A stretch of 64,000 bases of DNA, from the NCBI GenBank assembly GCA_016871515.1, contig VHDE01000008.1, forward strand, positions 16,829-80,828. The letters are read 5' to 3'. A model generated the notes under the pieces. That model was not told where the DNA came from. It made no database searches and saw only the letters and a program-made list of their open reading frames with translations. Source of the DNA: Verrucomicrobiota bacterium. GTDB lineage: Bacteria; Verrucomicrobiota; Verrucomicrobiia; Limisphaerales; SIBE01. Positions 39,957 to 50,506 of this stretch are shown piece by piece; the stretch's first letter is position 1; the number at the start of each line of letters is the position of its first letter. Made by a program: the position numbers and the translations under genes.

Positions 39957-40238
39957 ATGAACACTTTTGAAGTCATCAAAACAGTCCGCCTCACGGAGAA
40001 GGGCACAATCCAGAAGGATAAGTTCAATCAGTACACCGTGATCGCGGACCGGCGCGCCAACAAAGTTCAGATCCGGCAAGCTGTCCAGGAGCTTTTTAAG
40101 GTTACTGTTTTGGATGTGCGGACGCTTAATGTCCGGGGGAAACTCCGGCGGCAACGGACCACACAAGCTGGCAAGGCCCCGGATTGGAAAAAGGCCATCG
40201 TCACTTTGAAGAAGGATGACAAGATTGTCCTGACCTAA
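39957..40238 (+). CDS. rplW: 50S ribosomal protein L23
   Basis: TEKG, ANKVQI, WKKAIVTL. Confidence 0.96.
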   Translation: MNTFEVIKTVRLTEKGTIQKDKFNQYTVIADRRANKVQIRQAVQELFKVTVLDVRTLNVRGKLRRQRTTQAGKAPDWKKAIVTLKKDDKIVLT

Positions 40239-40250
40239 ACCGAGATTTGT

Positions 40251-41096
40251 ATGCCAGTTAAATCATTTCGACCCCTGACTCCGTCCACGCGTTACATCAC
40301 GATCGCGTCGTTCGACGAGATCACGAAGACGAAGCCAGAGAAGAATCTGGTTTTCACCCGCAAGAAAACGGGAGGCCGCAATTCGCATGGACGCATCACG
40401 AGCCGGGGCCGGGGGCAGGGCCACAAACAAAAGGTCCGTAATGTCGATTTCAAGCGCGATAAGCGCGGTATGGAAGCGAAGGTTGTGGCGATCGAGTATG
40501 ATCCGTTGCGTTCGGCCCGTTTGGCCCTGCTCGAATACACCGATGGAGAAAAACGTTACATTGTTGCTCCGAACGGGCTGAAAGTTGGCGCGAAGTTGAT
40601 GAGCGGAGCGGTGGCGCCGCCCGAGATCGGGAATAGTTTGCCATTAAAGACAGTTCCCATCGGGTTGCCGATTCATAATTTGGAGATCACGCCCGGCAAA
40701 GGCGGTCAGATGGTTCGCAGCGCGGGCGGCTCGGCTGTGGTCATGTCGCGCGATGAAGGTTACGCGCAAGTGCGCCTGCCCTCGGGTGAGATTCGCCGTT
40801 TCAATGAGAATTGTTTTGCCACGATTGGCCAGGTCGGAAACACGGAGCATGAGAACGTAATTCTGGGTAAAGCGGGCCGGGGACGTCATCGTGGCTTTCG
40901 CCCCTTGAGCCGTGGCGTTGCGAAGAATCCTGTCGATCACCCGATGGGCGGGGGAGCGGGAAAAACCTCAGGCGGCGGTCATCCGGTCACTCCGTGGGGC
41001 GTGATTACCAAGGGCTTTAAGACGCGCCAGCGCCACAAACAATCGAATCGCTTTATCATCGTGCGCCGTGATGGACGTCCGATGAAACAACTCTAA
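40251..41096 (+). CDS. rplB: 50S ribosomal protein L2
   Basis: [19 protein letters not shown]. Confidence 0.98.
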   Translation: MPVKSFRPLTPSTRYITIASFDEITKTKPEKNLVFTRKKTGGRNSHGRITSRGRGQGHKQKVRNVDFKRDKRGMEAKVVAIEYDPLRSARLALLEYTDGEKRYIVAPNGLKVGAKLMSGAVAPPEIGNSLPLKTVPIGLPIHNLEITPGKGGQMVRSAGGSAVVMSRDEGYAQVRLPSGEIRRFNENCFATIGQVGNTEHENVILGKAGRGRHRGFRPLSRGVAKNPVDHPMGGGAGKTSGGGHPVTPWGVITKGFKTRQRHKQSNRFIIVRRDGRPMKQL

Positions 41097-41104
41097 TAAG
41101 TCTT

Positions 41105-41386
41105 ATGGGACGCTCGATCAAAAAAGGTCCATTCGTCGACGCGCATTTGCTGGAAAAGATTTCCAAGCTGAATGCGGCGAACACCAAGAAACCGATCAAG
41201 ACCTGGTCGCGCCGGTCGATGATCACGCCGGAATTTGTTGGACATACTTTCAACGTGCATAACGGCAAAGTCTTCAACCCCGTCTTTGTCACGGAGAATA
41301 TGGTGGGCCACCGTTTGGGAGAGTTTTCCTTGACGCGAACGTTCAAGAAGCACGGCGCTCACACGGCTAAAGCCGAAGCCAAATAG
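41105..41386 (+). CDS. rpsS: 30S ribosomal protein S19
   Basis: [21 protein letters not shown]. Confidence 0.98.
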   Translation: MGRSIKKGPFVDAHLLEKISKLNAANTKKPIKTWSRRSMITPEFVGHTFNVHNGKVFNPVFVTENMVGHRLGEFSLTRTFKKHGAHTAKAEAK

Positions 41387-41392
41387 GCACCT

Positions 41393-41725
41393 ATGGAAGT
41401 CCAAGCAATCACCCGCAACGTTCGCATGTCCGCCCAGAAGGTGCGCGAGGTCGTCCGGCAAATACAGGGTCTTCCCGTTCAGGAGGCCGCGGCGGTGCTG
41501 GCGGTCGTCCCGCGGAAATCAGCGCGGCTCGTGGCCAAGACGTTGAAGTCGGCGATGGCGAACGCGGAAAACAACAAGAATGCGAAACTGGAAAGTTTGC
41601 GCGTCAAAGAGGCGGTGGCGGGGACAGCGAGGACCATGAAGCGTTTCACTCCGAAAGCTCGCGGGTCGGCCGGCCCGATCTTGAAGCGGAGCTGCCACAT
41701 CATGATTACCTTGTCGGATAGCTGA
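41393..41725 (+). CDS. rplV: 50S ribosomal protein L22
   Basis: [19 protein letters not shown]. Confidence 0.96.
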   Translation: MEVQAITRNVRMSAQKVREVVRQIQGLPVQEAAAVLAVVPRKSARLVAKTLKSAMANAENNKNAKLESLRVKEAVAGTARTMKRFTPKARGSAGPILKRSCHIMITLSDS

Positions 41726-41732
41726 TTTATTT

Positions 41733-42410
41733 ATGGGCCAGAAGACAAATCCAGTTGGTCTGCGCGTCGCCGTCAATAAAGACTGGCGTTCAAAATGGTA
41801 TGCCGAGAAAAAAGAGTTCGGCAAGCTCCTGTCCGAGGATCGCAAGATTCGAGACATTTTGAAGAAGAAGCTCGAATCGGCGTCGGTCCCGAAGATTCAG
41901 ATCGAGCGGGCCGCGACGCGTTGCCGCATCACCATCTTCACGGCGCGCCCCGGAGTGGTGATTGGCCGCAAGGGCGCGGAAATCGACAAGCTCAAAGAAG
42001 AACTGAGCAAGATGACCGGCAAAGAGATTTACGTCGATATTCAAGAAGTCAAAACTCCCGAGTTGGACGCCCAATTGGTGGCTGAGAACATTGCGCTGCA
42101 ATTGGAGCGCCGCATTTCGTTTCGACGCGCGATGAAGAAGGCGGTTCAGACTGCTATGGACTTTGGCGCGGCCGGAATTAAGGTGCGCTGCGCCGGGCGA
42201 TTGGGAGGCGCAGAGTTGGCGCGCGTCGAGTCATACCACGAGGGGAGTGTTCCGCTGCATACATTGCGGGCAGCGATTGACTACGGATTTGCCGAAGCCC
42301 ACACGCTCTACGGAAAGTTAGGAATTAAATGCTGGATTTGCAAGGGCGAGGTCAAAGCTGAAAAAGGCGGGCCGAGTTCCACGGCCAGTCCAGTCGCCGC
42401 AAGTGTTTAA
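41733..42410 (+). CDS. rpsC: 30S ribosomal protein S3
   Basis: [25 protein letters not shown]. Confidence 0.98.
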   Translation: MGQKTNPVGLRVAVNKDWRSKWYAEKKEFGKLLSEDRKIRDILKKKLESASVPKIQIERAATRCRITIFTARPGVVIGRKGAEIDKLKEELSKMTGKEIYVDIQEVKTPELDAQLVAENIALQLERRISFRRAMKKAVQTAMDFGAAGIKVRCAGRLGGAELARVESYHEGSVPLHTLRAAIDYGFAEAHTLYGKLGIKCWICKGEVKAEKGGPSSTASPVAASV

Positions 42411-42434
42411 CCCGTTTATTCGTCGAGATTTTTT

Positions 42435-42854
42435 ATGCCATTGATGCCGGCCAGAGTGAAGTACCGCAAGATGCATCGCGGCAGCCGTACGGGGATCGCT
42501 TCCCGCGGCGAGAACGTTGCCTTTGGCGAGTATGGATTGCAGTCGCTCGAACGGTGCTGGCTCGACACGAAGCAGATCGAAGCTGCGCGCGTGGCGATCA
42601 GCCGTTTTATGAAGCGGCGCGGCAAGGTGTGGATTCGCATTTTCCCAGACAAGTCCTACACGAAAAAACCGCTCGAAACGCGAATGGGCAAGGGCAAGGG
42701 CCCGGTCGAGTCGTGGGTGGCCGTTATTCGCCCGGCGAGTGTTTTATTTGAAGTGGACGGAGTGCCGGAAGCGGTCGCGCGCGAGTCCATGCGGCTGGCG
42801 GCAGACAAGCTTCCGATTCGAACCAAGTTTATCTCGCGTCATAAACTGGGATAG
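42435..42854 (+). CDS. rplP: 50S ribosomal protein L16
   Basis: QIEAAR, RMGKGKG. Confidence 0.98.
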   Translation: MPLMPARVKYRKMHRGSRTGIASRGENVAFGEYGLQSLERCWLDTKQIEAARVAISRFMKRRGKVWIRIFPDKSYTKKPLETRMGKGKGPVESWVAVIRPASVLFEVDGVPEAVARESMRLAADKLPIRTKFISRHKLG

Positions 42855-42862
42855 AAACAACC

Positions 42863-43060
42863 ATGAAAATGTCTGAGATTCGAGATTTGACGGCAGCGGA
42901 GTTGGCGGTGAAGAACCGCGATCTGCGGCAGGAACTGTTCAACCTGCGGCTGCAGCAGGCGACCAGTCAGTTGGAAAAGTCGGCGCAGCTTCGGCTGTTG
43001 CGGCGCGATATCGCTCGTATTGAAACGCAGATTTCAGCGCTTCGCAAAAAAGCTGCCTAA
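42863..43060 (+). CDS. rpmC: 50S ribosomal protein L29
   Basis: ELFNLRLQ, RRDIARI. Confidence 0.96.
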   Translation: MKMSEIRDLTAAELAVKNRDLRQELFNLRLQQATSQLEKSAQLRLLRRDIARIETQISALRKKAA

Positions 43061-43069
43061 TTGTTGCCT

Positions 43070-43357
43070 ATGTCTAACAGTGTTGTCCGCGGTCAACGTA
43101 AAGAACGGTTGGGAGAAGTCATTTCGAACAAGATGACGAAAACGATTGTGGTCCGCGTCGAGCGCCGCTTTCGGCATCCGAAGTTCAAAAAGGTCGTGAC
43201 CCGCTACCGAAAGTTCTACGCGCACGATGAGAAGAGCGAAGCCAAAGTGGGCGATCGAGTGCGGATTGAAGAAACGCGCCCGCTTTCCAAAATGAAGAGC
43301 TGGCGCCTGGTTGAAGTTTTGGAGCGCAACAAGCAGGCCGTGGCGGCGGCAGTCTAG
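43070..43357 (+). CDS. rpsQ: 30S ribosomal protein S17
   Basis: [19 protein letters not shown]. Confidence 0.97.
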   Translation: MSNSVVRGQRKERLGEVISNKMTKTIVVRVERRFRHPKFKKVVTRYRKFYAHDEKSEAKVGDRVRIEETRPLSKMKSWRLVEVLERNKQAVAAAV

Positions 43358-43367
43358 CATTCAATTT

Positions 43368-43733
43368 ATGTTGCAAATTCGTTCTATCCTGGATGTGGCC
43401 GATAATACCGGCGCGAAACGAGCCGCTGCGATTGGCGTCATTGGGCGTAATCAGTTTTATGCGCGCGTCGGTGACGTGATTAAGGCTCACATAAAAGAAG
43501 CGACGCCCGATGGAACGGTCAAGAAGGGTGAAGTAGTGGATGCGGTCATTGTCCGAACGCGGCAGCCCATTCGGCGCAACGATGGTTCGTACCTTCGTTT
43601 TGACACCAATGCCATTGTCATCATCGACAAAGAAAACAATCCGCGCGGCACACGCATCTTTGGACCGGTCGCCCGCGAATTGCGCGACAAGAAGTTTATG
43701 AAAATCATTTCGCTGGCCCCGGAGGTCATTTAG
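43368..43733 (+). CDS. rplN: 50S ribosomal protein L14
   Basis: [21 protein letters not shown]. Confidence 0.98.
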   Translation: MLQIRSILDVADNTGAKRAAAIGVIGRNQFYARVGDVIKAHIKEATPDGTVKKGEVVDAVIVRTRQPIRRNDGSYLRFDTNAIVIIDKENNPRGTRIFGPVARELRDKKFMKIISLAPEVI

Positions 43734-43737
43734 CGCT

Positions 43738-44013
43738 ATGGCCAAATGTCATGTCAAAAAAGGTGATGAAGTGGTCGTCATCGCTGGAACGGAGCGCGGC
43801 AAGCGGGGCAAGATCATCACTGTTTTGTCCGGACACCAACGCGTGATTGTCGAGGGCGTGAAGATGATCAAGAAACACACGCGCAAGAATCAGCAAAACC
43901 CGAACGGCGCGATCATCGAACGAGAAGGGTCAGTTCATATTTCGAATGTCATGCGAGCAGACCAGTTCGATGCCCGCGCCAAGAAACGTGGAACTGCGGA
44001 TGCCAGCGCTTGA
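43738..44013 (+). CDS. rplX: 50S ribosomal protein L24
   Basis: KKGDEVVVIAG, VHISNV. Confidence 0.96.
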   Translation: MAKCHVKKGDEVVVIAGTERGKRGKIITVLSGHQRVIVEGVKMIKKHTRKNQQNPNGAIIEREGSVHISNVMRADQFDARAKKRGTADASA

Positions 44014-44029
44014 GACGGGACGATACGCC

Positions 44030-44575
44030 ATGAAGCCACGACTGTATCACAACTATATCGACAAGGTGAGGCCCGCTTTGATGGAGAAGCGAAAGTACAA
44101 GAACCTTCATCAGGTTCCGCGCATTGAGAAGATTGTGCTCAACATGGGCGTGAGCTCATCATTGGAAAAGGGGGCGGTCGATGATGCGGCCAAGGATTTG
44201 AGCATCATTACGGGACGAAAACCGGTTATTGCCAAAGCTCGGAAGAGCATCGCGAATTTCAAACTGCGGCAAGGGCAGCCAATCGCTTGTCATGTGACGT
44301 TGCGGCGGGAAGTGATGTATGAGTTTTTTGACCGGCTGGTCGCGGCGGCTTTGCCGCGCATTCGCGATTTTCGTGGGTTGTCCACGCGTTCTTTTGACGG
44401 GCGCGGCAATTATTCGATAGGCATTACGGATCAGACGATTTTCCCCGAAGTCGATTTGGATAAAATTAAGCGGCAACAAGGAATGGACATTACGATTGTC
44501 ACATCCGCCAAAACCAATGAGGAAGCATTGGATCTCCTCAAAATGATGGGAATGCCCTTCGCCGAAGGAAGATAA
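44030..44575 (+). CDS. rplE: 50S ribosomal protein L5
   Basis: KIVLNMG, LPRIRDFRG, FDGRGNY. Confidence 0.98.
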   Translation: MKPRLYHNYIDKVRPALMEKRKYKNLHQVPRIEKIVLNMGVSSSLEKGAVDDAAKDLSIITGRKPVIAKARKSIANFKLRQGQPIACHVTLRREVMYEFFDRLVAAALPRIRDFRGLSTRSFDGRGNYSIGITDQTIFPEVDLDKIKRQQGMDITIVTSAKTNEEALDLLKMMGMPFAEGR

Positions 44576-44578
44576 TTT

Positions 44579-44848
44579 ATGGCAAAGAAAGCATGGATTG
44601 AGCGCGAAAAGAGAAAGCGCAAAGCAGTACAAAAATACGCCGCCTTGCGGGCGGAACTTAAGGCCAAAGGCGATTACGCCGGATTGGCCAAGCTTCCGCG
44701 AAATGCCAGTCCTTCGCGATTGACGAACCGCTGTTCGATCTCCGGACGCCGGCATGGTTACCTGCGCAAGTTCGCTTGCTCGCGGCTTGTGTTTCGAGAG
44801 TCGGCGTTGAGCGGTTTGATTCCCGGCGTCACCAAGGCTAGCTGGTAA
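44579..44848 (+). CDS. rpsN: 30S ribosomal protein S14 (89-aa, zinc-independent type)
   Basis: [23 protein letters not shown]; no complete CxxC pairs. Confidence 0.96.
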   Translation: MAKKAWIEREKRKRKAVQKYAALRAELKAKGDYAGLAKLPRNASPSRLTNRCSISGRRHGYLRKFACSRLVFRESALSGLIPGVTKASW

Positions 44849-44852
44849 GCTT

Positions 44853-45239
44853 ATGACAGACCCAATTTCTGACATGCTGACGCGCTTGCGCAATGCCAAT
44901 CAGGCGCTGCTGCCCACCATCGAGTTGGCCCACTCCAAGATGAAGGAAAGCATCGCGCGGATTTTAAAGCGAGAGGGCTACATCGCTGATTGCTCGGTGG
45001 AAGGCAATAAGATCAAGAAGTTGAAACTCAAACTAAAGTTCCAGGACCGCCAAGGGATTATTACTGGTCTGCGGCGTGTGAGCACTCCAGGATTGCGCCG
45101 TTACGTGCGATCGACAGAGATTCCGCGTGTGCTCGGTGGAATGGGCACGGCCATCCTTTCCACGCCTAAAGGCGTGATGACCGGTTTTGAAGCTCAAAAG
45201 CAGCGCCTCGGCGGCGAAGTTCTTTGTTTTGTTTGGTAA
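44853..45239 (+). CDS. rpsH: 30S ribosomal protein S8
   Basis: DPISDMLTRLRN, STPGLR, GGEVL. Confidence 0.97.
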   Translation: MTDPISDMLTRLRNANQALLPTIELAHSKMKESIARILKREGYIADCSVEGNKIKKLKLKLKFQDRQGIITGLRRVSTPGLRRYVRSTEIPRVLGGMGTAILSTPKGVMTGFEAQKQRLGGEVLCFVW

Positions 45240-45248
45240 GGCAATTGT

Positions 45249-45785
45249 ATGTCGAGAATTGGAAAAATACCCGTCCAAATTCCTCCCAAGGTCAAAGTAG
45301 AGATCAAGGAAGGAAAGGTTTTTGTCGAAGGTCCGAAGGGCAAATTGGATTTTGCGCTGCCGAAGCGCACTTCCGCCGCGGTGACGGGCGACAAGATTCT
45401 TGTCACTCGGCAAGGTGAAGACGCTGAGGCGAAGTCGCTCCATGGGTTGAGCCGCGCGATTCTCAATAACATGGTTAAAGGGGTGGCGGATGGATTCATG
45501 AAGAAGCTGGAAATACAGGGCGTTGGTTTCAAAGCGGCTGTGCAGGGCAACAATGTCAACCTTAACCTCGGCTATTCGCATCCCGTTTTGTATCCGATAC
45601 CGGACCAGATCACCGTAAAGGTGGAGGACAACACCAAGGTGACAATCGAAGGTCCCAGCAAAGAATTGGTGGGTCGCGTGGCCTCCGAAATCCGGAGTTA
45701 CTATCCACCTGAGCCGTACAAAGGCAAAGGTGTACGCTATGTGGGCGAGAAGGTCGTGCGCAAGGAAGGCAAGACCGTGCAGTAA
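45249..45785 (+). CDS. rplF: 50S ribosomal protein L6
   Basis: MSRIGK, GYSH, PEPYKGKG. Confidence 0.98.
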   Translation: MSRIGKIPVQIPPKVKVEIKEGKVFVEGPKGKLDFALPKRTSAAVTGDKILVTRQGEDAEAKSLHGLSRAILNNMVKGVADGFMKKLEIQGVGFKAAVQGNNVNLNLGYSHPVLYPIPDQITVKVEDNTKVTIEGPSKELVGRVASEIRSYYPPEPYKGKGVRYVGEKVVRKEGKTVQ

Positions 45786-45833
45786 GGGCATTAACTAATT
45801 GAGGGTTACGGCCAAGACCGTGACCCATAATCA

Positions 45834-46199
45834 ATGAGAACCGAAAAAAAACTTCACTTGGCGCAACTTCGGCGCTGGCGCATTCGCAAGAAAGTTGTCG
45901 GCACACGGGAACGGCCTCGCATGAGCGTCCGTTTCACCGGCAAGAACATTTACGTCCAATTCATTGATGATGTTGCGCGGACGACCTTGGCGGCCACTTC
46001 CACTTTGAGCAAGACAATCGAGGACCGCGACAAACTGCGAGCCAATGTTGCCACCGCCAAACGAATTGGCCAACTGGCCGCCGAAACGGCCAAGAGCAAA
46101 GGAATTCAGAATGTCGTGTTCGATCGCAGTGGCGCGCGCTTCCATGGCAAAGTGAAAGCATTGGCCGACGCGGCTCGCGAAGGCGGCCTGCAATTTTAA
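45834..46199 (+). CDS. rplR: 50S ribosomal protein L18
   Basis: RPRMSV, VFDR, AREGGLQF. Confidence 0.97.
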   Translation: MRTEKKLHLAQLRRWRIRKKVVGTRERPRMSVRFTGKNIYVQFIDDVARTTLAATSTLSKTIEDRDKLRANVATAKRIGQLAAETAKSKGIQNVVFDRSGARFHGKVKALADAAREGGLQF

Positions 46200-46220
46200 T
46201 CGAGATCAGGAGAAAATATC

Positions 46221-46895
46221 GTGGCTGAACAAACCAAAAGTACTGTGGAACCGGGACGGATGGGTGGCCGGGGAATGGGTCGACCGGGCCGGCGGACTCG
46301 CCCGGCGGCCGAGGGCTCGGACCAATCGAACGCGGGCGGCAAAGATTCCAACAATTTAAGCGAGAAAGTAGTTTTCATAAATCGATCATCGAAAGTCGTC
46401 AAAGGCGGGCGGCGTTTCAGTTTTAGCGCCCTCGTTGTGGTTGGCGACAAACAGGGGCGGGTTGGAATTGGACTGGGCAAGGCCGGCGAAGTGGCAGATG
46501 CCATTCGCAAAGGCGGAGAAGATGCCAAGCAACACATGGTCAAGATTTCGTTGCGAGAAGCGACGATCCCGCATGATGTGATCTCTACTTACGGTGGCGC
46601 CCGGGTATTGCTTCGGCCAGCTTCACCTGGCACGGGGATCATTGCCGGAAAAACGGTTCGCGCCGTGGTCGAATCCGCGGGCGTTAAGGACGTCCTCAGC
46701 AAATCGTTGGGGTCTAAAAATGCCGCTAACGTGGCCAAGGCAACTCTCGCGGCCTTGCAAGCGCTCCGCTTGCGTGAAGACATCTTTCGAAGTCGCGGGC
46801 TTTCCGTCAAACCGAAGGAGCCAGTTCCCGCCATTCCGCCTGCAACGCCGGCGCCTGCACCCGACATCGCGTCAGCCGCAAATTCAGCGTCGTAG
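46221..46895 (+). CDS. rpsE: 30S ribosomal protein S5 (N- and C-terminal extensions)
   Basis: [19 protein letters not shown]. Confidence 0.97.
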   Translation: MAEQTKSTVEPGRMGGRGMGRPGRRTRPAAEGSDQSNAGGKDSNNLSEKVVFINRSSKVVKGGRRFSFSALVVVGDKQGRVGIGLGKAGEVADAIRKGGEDAKQHMVKISLREATIPHDVISTYGGARVLLRPASPGTGIIAGKTVRAVVESAGVKDVLSKSLGSKNAANVAKATLAALQALRLREDIFRSRGLSVKPKEPVPAIPPATPAPAPDIASAANSAS

Positions 46896-46901
46896 AAGTT
46901 T

Positions 46902-47372
46902 ATGCGTTTACATAATCTCAAACCTCGGCCCGGCGCCAAACACCGCCGAAAGCGGCTTGGTCAAGGCGAGTCGAGCGGGCATGGCAAAACGAGCGGACGC
47001 GGCGGCAAAGGCCAGACAGCAAGATCGGGCAGTTCCATCCGGATTGGTTTTGAAGGCGGCCAGATGCCGTTGATTCGGCGTATGCCGAAGAGAGGATTCA
47101 ATAATCCTCGCGGCACGCGTTACATCCCTGTCAATTTGAGCGCTCTAAATCAATTCGAGGATGGCGCGCGCGTGGATGAAGCGGCCTTGCGATCAACCGG
47201 CTTGGCCAACGGACGGGCTGATGGCATCAAAATTCTCGGTGAGGGAGAGTTAACCAGGAAACTGACCGTCCGCGTCCATGCCTTTAGCGCCTCGGCCCGC
47301 GCCAAGATCGAAGGACTGGGTGGCGTTTGCGAATTGGTCACTCCTTCGAAACCGCAGGCCGCTCAAGGCTAA
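46902..47372 (+). CDS. rplO: 50S ribosomal protein L15
   Basis: GKTSGRGGKGQ, FEGGQMPL, PKRGF. Confidence 0.98.
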   Translation: MRLHNLKPRPGAKHRRKRLGQGESSGHGKTSGRGGKGQTARSGSSIRIGFEGGQMPLIRRMPKRGFNNPRGTRYIPVNLSALNQFEDGARVDEAALRSTGLANGRADGIKILGEGELTRKLTVRVHAFSASARAKIEGLGGVCELVTPSKPQAAQG

Positions 47373-47386
47373 TTCTCTTCCGACGC

Positions 47387-48760
47387 ATGCTCGCGAACAT
47401 TGCCAATACATTTGCCAATTGCTTCAAAATTCCCGAACTCAAATCGAGGATATTCTTTACTTTGATGGTATTGGCGATTTGCCGAGTGCTGGCTTGGGTT
47501 CCCGTGCCCGGTTTGGACGGGGCTTCTTTAAGGGCGTTCTTCGAGGCCAACGCTAATCAGATGGATAATTCGTTGCTCGGCATGTACAGCCTTTTCACCG
47601 GCGGCGCTCTGCAGAATTGCGCGGTCGGTGCGTTGGGCATTATGCCGTACATCACAGCCACGATTATCATCCAGCTTCTGACGGCGGTGATTCCCACATT
47701 GAGCAAGCTAGCCCGCGAAGAGGGTGGCCGCGCCAAGATCGTCCAGTACGGACGTTATCTGACGGTTCTCCTTTGCTTGGGACATGGAACGTTGATGACT
47801 CTTAGCTGGGAGCATCCCGGTGAAGTCTTCAAGGGATTCGCGGGAACGTTGGTGCTGGATCCCGGGTGGTGGTATCGAATTCAGACCGTCTTAATCTTAA
47901 CGACAGGAACGCTCTTGCTCATGTGGCTGGGCGAGCAGATTACCGAACGGGGCATTGGCAATGGCATCTCCTTGGTCATCACCATTGGAATCGTGGCGGA
48001 CTTGCCACTGGCATTTCAAGAGTTGCATCGCATGTTCTGGCGACCGGTCGGTCCACGGGAATTCCACTTTTTCCATGCGATTGCTCTTCTGTTGCTGCTT
48101 GTGGCTGTTGTCGCCGGCGTTGTCGCCATGACGCAGGCGCAGCGAAAGATTCCTGTCCAGTATGCGCAGCGGGCGGTGGGGCGGAAGGTTTATGCCGGTG
48201 GGAGTTCGTTCATGCCGTTGCGTGTCAATTACGCCGGCGTGATGCCGATCATTTTTGCTCAAGCTATCTTGATGTTCCCACAGATGATCTTTCTCAGGAT
48301 CGGCGAATTGGCGGACATTCCGTTTTTCCGAAGCATCGGTGTGCAGTTGGGCAGCGGTCATTTCCTGTACTACGCTCTGTATAGCGCGATGATTCTCTTC
48401 TTTTCCTATTTTTGGGTCGCGACGCAGTTTAACGAGATTCAGATTGCCGACGATCTCAAGAAGTATGGCGGCTATATTCCTGGAGTTCGGCCGGGACAGG
48501 CGACCAGCGATTTTCTGCATCGGAGCATGAGCCGGATCACGTTGGCTGGAGCGATATTTTTGACGGTGATTGCCATTATTCCCAATTTGATGGCCGAGAT
48601 ATTTGAGATTAATTTCCGAGTTTCGCAATTCTTTGGCGGGACGAGCATGTTGATTACGGTGGGTGTCATGCTGGACACGATGAGGCAGATGGAATCGCAT
48701 TTGTTGATGCGCCACTATGACGGATTCCTGAAGAAGGGGCGCATCAAAGGCCGTTTTTAG
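47387..48760 (+). CDS. secY: Preprotein translocase subunit SecY
   Basis: LGIMPYITA, GIGNGIS, IPGVRPG, FGGTS. Confidence 0.98.
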   Translation: MLANIANTFANCFKIPELKSRIFFTLMVLAICRVLAWVPVPGLDGASLRAFFEANANQMDNSLLGMYSLFTGGALQNCAVGALGIMPYITATIIIQLLTAVIPTLSKLAREEGGRAKIVQYGRYLTVLLCLGHGTLMTLSWEHPGEVFKGFAGTLVLDPGWWYRIQTVLILTTGTLLLMWLGEQITERGIGNGISLVITIGIVADLPLAFQELHRMFWRPVGPREFHFFHAIALLLLLVAVVAGVVAMTQAQRKIPVQYAQRAVGRKVYAGGSSFMPLRVNYAGVMPIIFAQAILMFPQMIFLRIGELADIPFFRSIGVQLGSGHFLYYALYSAMILFFSYFWVATQFNEIQIADDLKKYGGYIPGVRPGQATSDFLHRSMSRITLAGAIFLTVIAIIPNLMAEIFEINFRVSQFFGGTSMLITVGVMLDTMRQMESHLLMRHYDGFLKKGRIKGRF

Positions 48761-48761
48761 A

Positions 48762-49409
48762 ATGAAACGGCGGGTTGTACTTCTCGGACCGCCCGCGTCT
48801 GGCAAGGGGACTGTGGCAAGCCAATTGAAGTCGGATTTTGGCTTTTCCCACGTCTCGTCCGGACATTGGTTGCGTCGAGAAATTGAGCTTGGGACCGAGA
48901 TAGGCCGCCAAGTTCAAGTGTTCCTTGATAAAGGCGAATTAGCGCCCGATGAGCTGGTTCTGGAGTTTATGGAACATCGGCTGCAGGCCGAGCTCGCTGA
49001 GGCATTCTTGCTGGATGGTTTTCCGCGAACTGTGGCTCAGGCCAAAGCTCTGGACGAATGGCTCGTTGCTCAAGGCGCGCCGATCGAGGCCGTGATCTTT
49101 TACGAGTGTCCGGAAAGCTTGATTTTGGACCGGGTGACTGGCCGCCGGACTTGCGCGAGATGTGAACGGATTTATCATGTGCGCAATCGGCCGCCGCAAA
49201 CTCCCGGCCGGTGCGATCTGTGTGGCGCAGCATTAATACAGCGTGAAGATGACACGGAGCCGGTTTTGCGGCAGCGCTTGAAAGTTTATGTTCAGCAAAC
49301 CGAGCCGCTAGTCGACTATTACCGAGAGCAGGGCAAACTGAAAGTGGTCGATGCGACGCTGCCGTCTGGCCAGATCTATGCGGCCTCGATTGAGGCTTTG
49401 AAGCAATGA
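48762..49409 (+). CDS. adk: Adenylate kinase (zinc-LID type)
   Basis: GPPASGKGT, LDGFPRT, CxxC..CxxC LID, REDD. Confidence 0.95.
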   Translation: MKRRVVLLGPPASGKGTVASQLKSDFGFSHVSSGHWLRREIELGTEIGRQVQVFLDKGELAPDELVLEFMEHRLQAELAEAFLLDGFPRTVAQAKALDEWLVAQGAPIEAVIFYECPESLILDRVTGRRTCARCERIYHVRNRPPQTPGRCDLCGAALIQREDDTEPVLRQRLKVYVQQTEPLVDYYREQGKLKVVDATLPSGQIYAASIEALKQ

Positions 49410-50182
49410 TCATTCTGAAAAACGAGCGCGATGTAGAAGCGATGCGAGCGGCCGGAGCGGTGGCGAGCACAGTGCTCCACGAAGTTTGCGCGTGGATAAC
49501 GCCCGGCGTGACGACGAAGGAAATTGACAATTTTGCCGCGTCGCGAATTAAGAGTCATGGGGCCAAGAGCGCGTTTCTCGGGTATCGAAAGTATCCGTGC
49601 CACGTTTGCTTGTCGGTTAACGAACAAGTGGTTCATGGTTTGGCCAGCAACCGTCGTTTGGATTTCGGTGACATCGTGAGCACGGACGTGGGTGTGATAT
49701 ACGAAGGTTATATCGGTGATACCGCGCGCACGGTAGCCGTGGGCGGATGCGACGTGTTGGCCCAAAAACTGATCGATGTGACCGAGAGGGCGCTTTACGA
49801 AGGTATCGCGCGGGCGCTGCTCGGGAATCGCGTCGTTGATATCTCGCGAGCCATTCAGAGTTACGTCGAGCGGAACGGATTCAGCGTCGTGCGCGAATTT
49901 GTCGGTCATGGTGTGGGACGGTCGATGCATGAAGAGCCGCAAATTCCCAACTATGTCGACGGCAAGTCGTCACCTAAGCTGCGGCCCGGGATGACTCTGG
50001 CTATTGAACCGATGGTGAACGCAGGATCGCCTGCCGTCGAGATACTGGCCGATGGATGGACAGTGGTGACGAAAGACGGACAACCGTCAGCCCATTTCGA
50101 GCATACGGTGCTGATTACGGAAGGTGAGCCAGAAATATTAACGTGCCCCGAGAAGACGCAATTGAAGTTGAAGGCCGAGTAG
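49406..50182 (+). CDS. map: Methionine aminopeptidase type I
   Basis: VVHG, GHGVG, AIEPM, SAHFEHT. Confidence 0.97.
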   Translation: MIILKNERDVEAMRAAGAVASTVLHEVCAWITPGVTTKEIDNFAASRIKSHGAKSAFLGYRKYPCHVCLSVNEQVVHGLASNRRLDFGDIVSTDVGVIYEGYIGDTARTVAVGGCDVLAQKLIDVTERALYEGIARALLGNRVVDISRAIQSYVERNGFSVVREFVGHGVGRSMHEEPQIPNYVDGKSSPKLRPGMTLAIEPMVNAGSPAVEILADGWTVVTKDGQPSAHFEHTVLITEGEPEILTCPEKTQLKLKAE

Positions 50183-50376
50183 TCGAGGCCCTCCCGAATA
50201 CGATATTTCGGGTGGAGCTAGCGAATGGCCATCGGATTCTGGCGCACGTTTCCGGGAAAATGCGTATGAATTTCGTTCGCATTTCGCCGGGAGATACAGT
50301 AACAGTTGAGATGTCGCCTTACGATTTGTCGAAGGGTTGCATTGCATCTCGTCCAGAGACAGATAGATCAAGTTGA
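50143..50376 (+). CDS. infA: Translation initiation factor IF-1 (GTG start, divergent C-terminus)
   Basis: [25 protein letters not shown]. Confidence 0.92.
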   Translation: MPREDAIEVEGRVVEALPNTIFRVELANGHRILAHVSGKMRMNFVRISPGDTVTVEMSPYDLSKGCIASRPETDRSS

Positions 50377-50378
50377 AT

Positions 50379-50492
50379 ATGAAAGTTCGCGCGTCAGTTA
50401 AGAAGCTTTGCGAGCACTGCAAAGTGGTCCGGCGGAAAGGTGTCATTCGTGTCATTTGCACGAATGCGCGGCACAAACAACGACAAGGTTAA
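50379..50492 (+). CDS. rpmJ: 50S ribosomal protein L36 (zinc-binding type)
   Basis: Manual translation [37 protein letters not shown]. Confidence 0.97.
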   Translation: MKVRASVKKLCEHCKVVRRKGVIRVICTNARHKQRQG

Positions 50493-50506
50493 GAAAGAGT
50501 TGCTCT

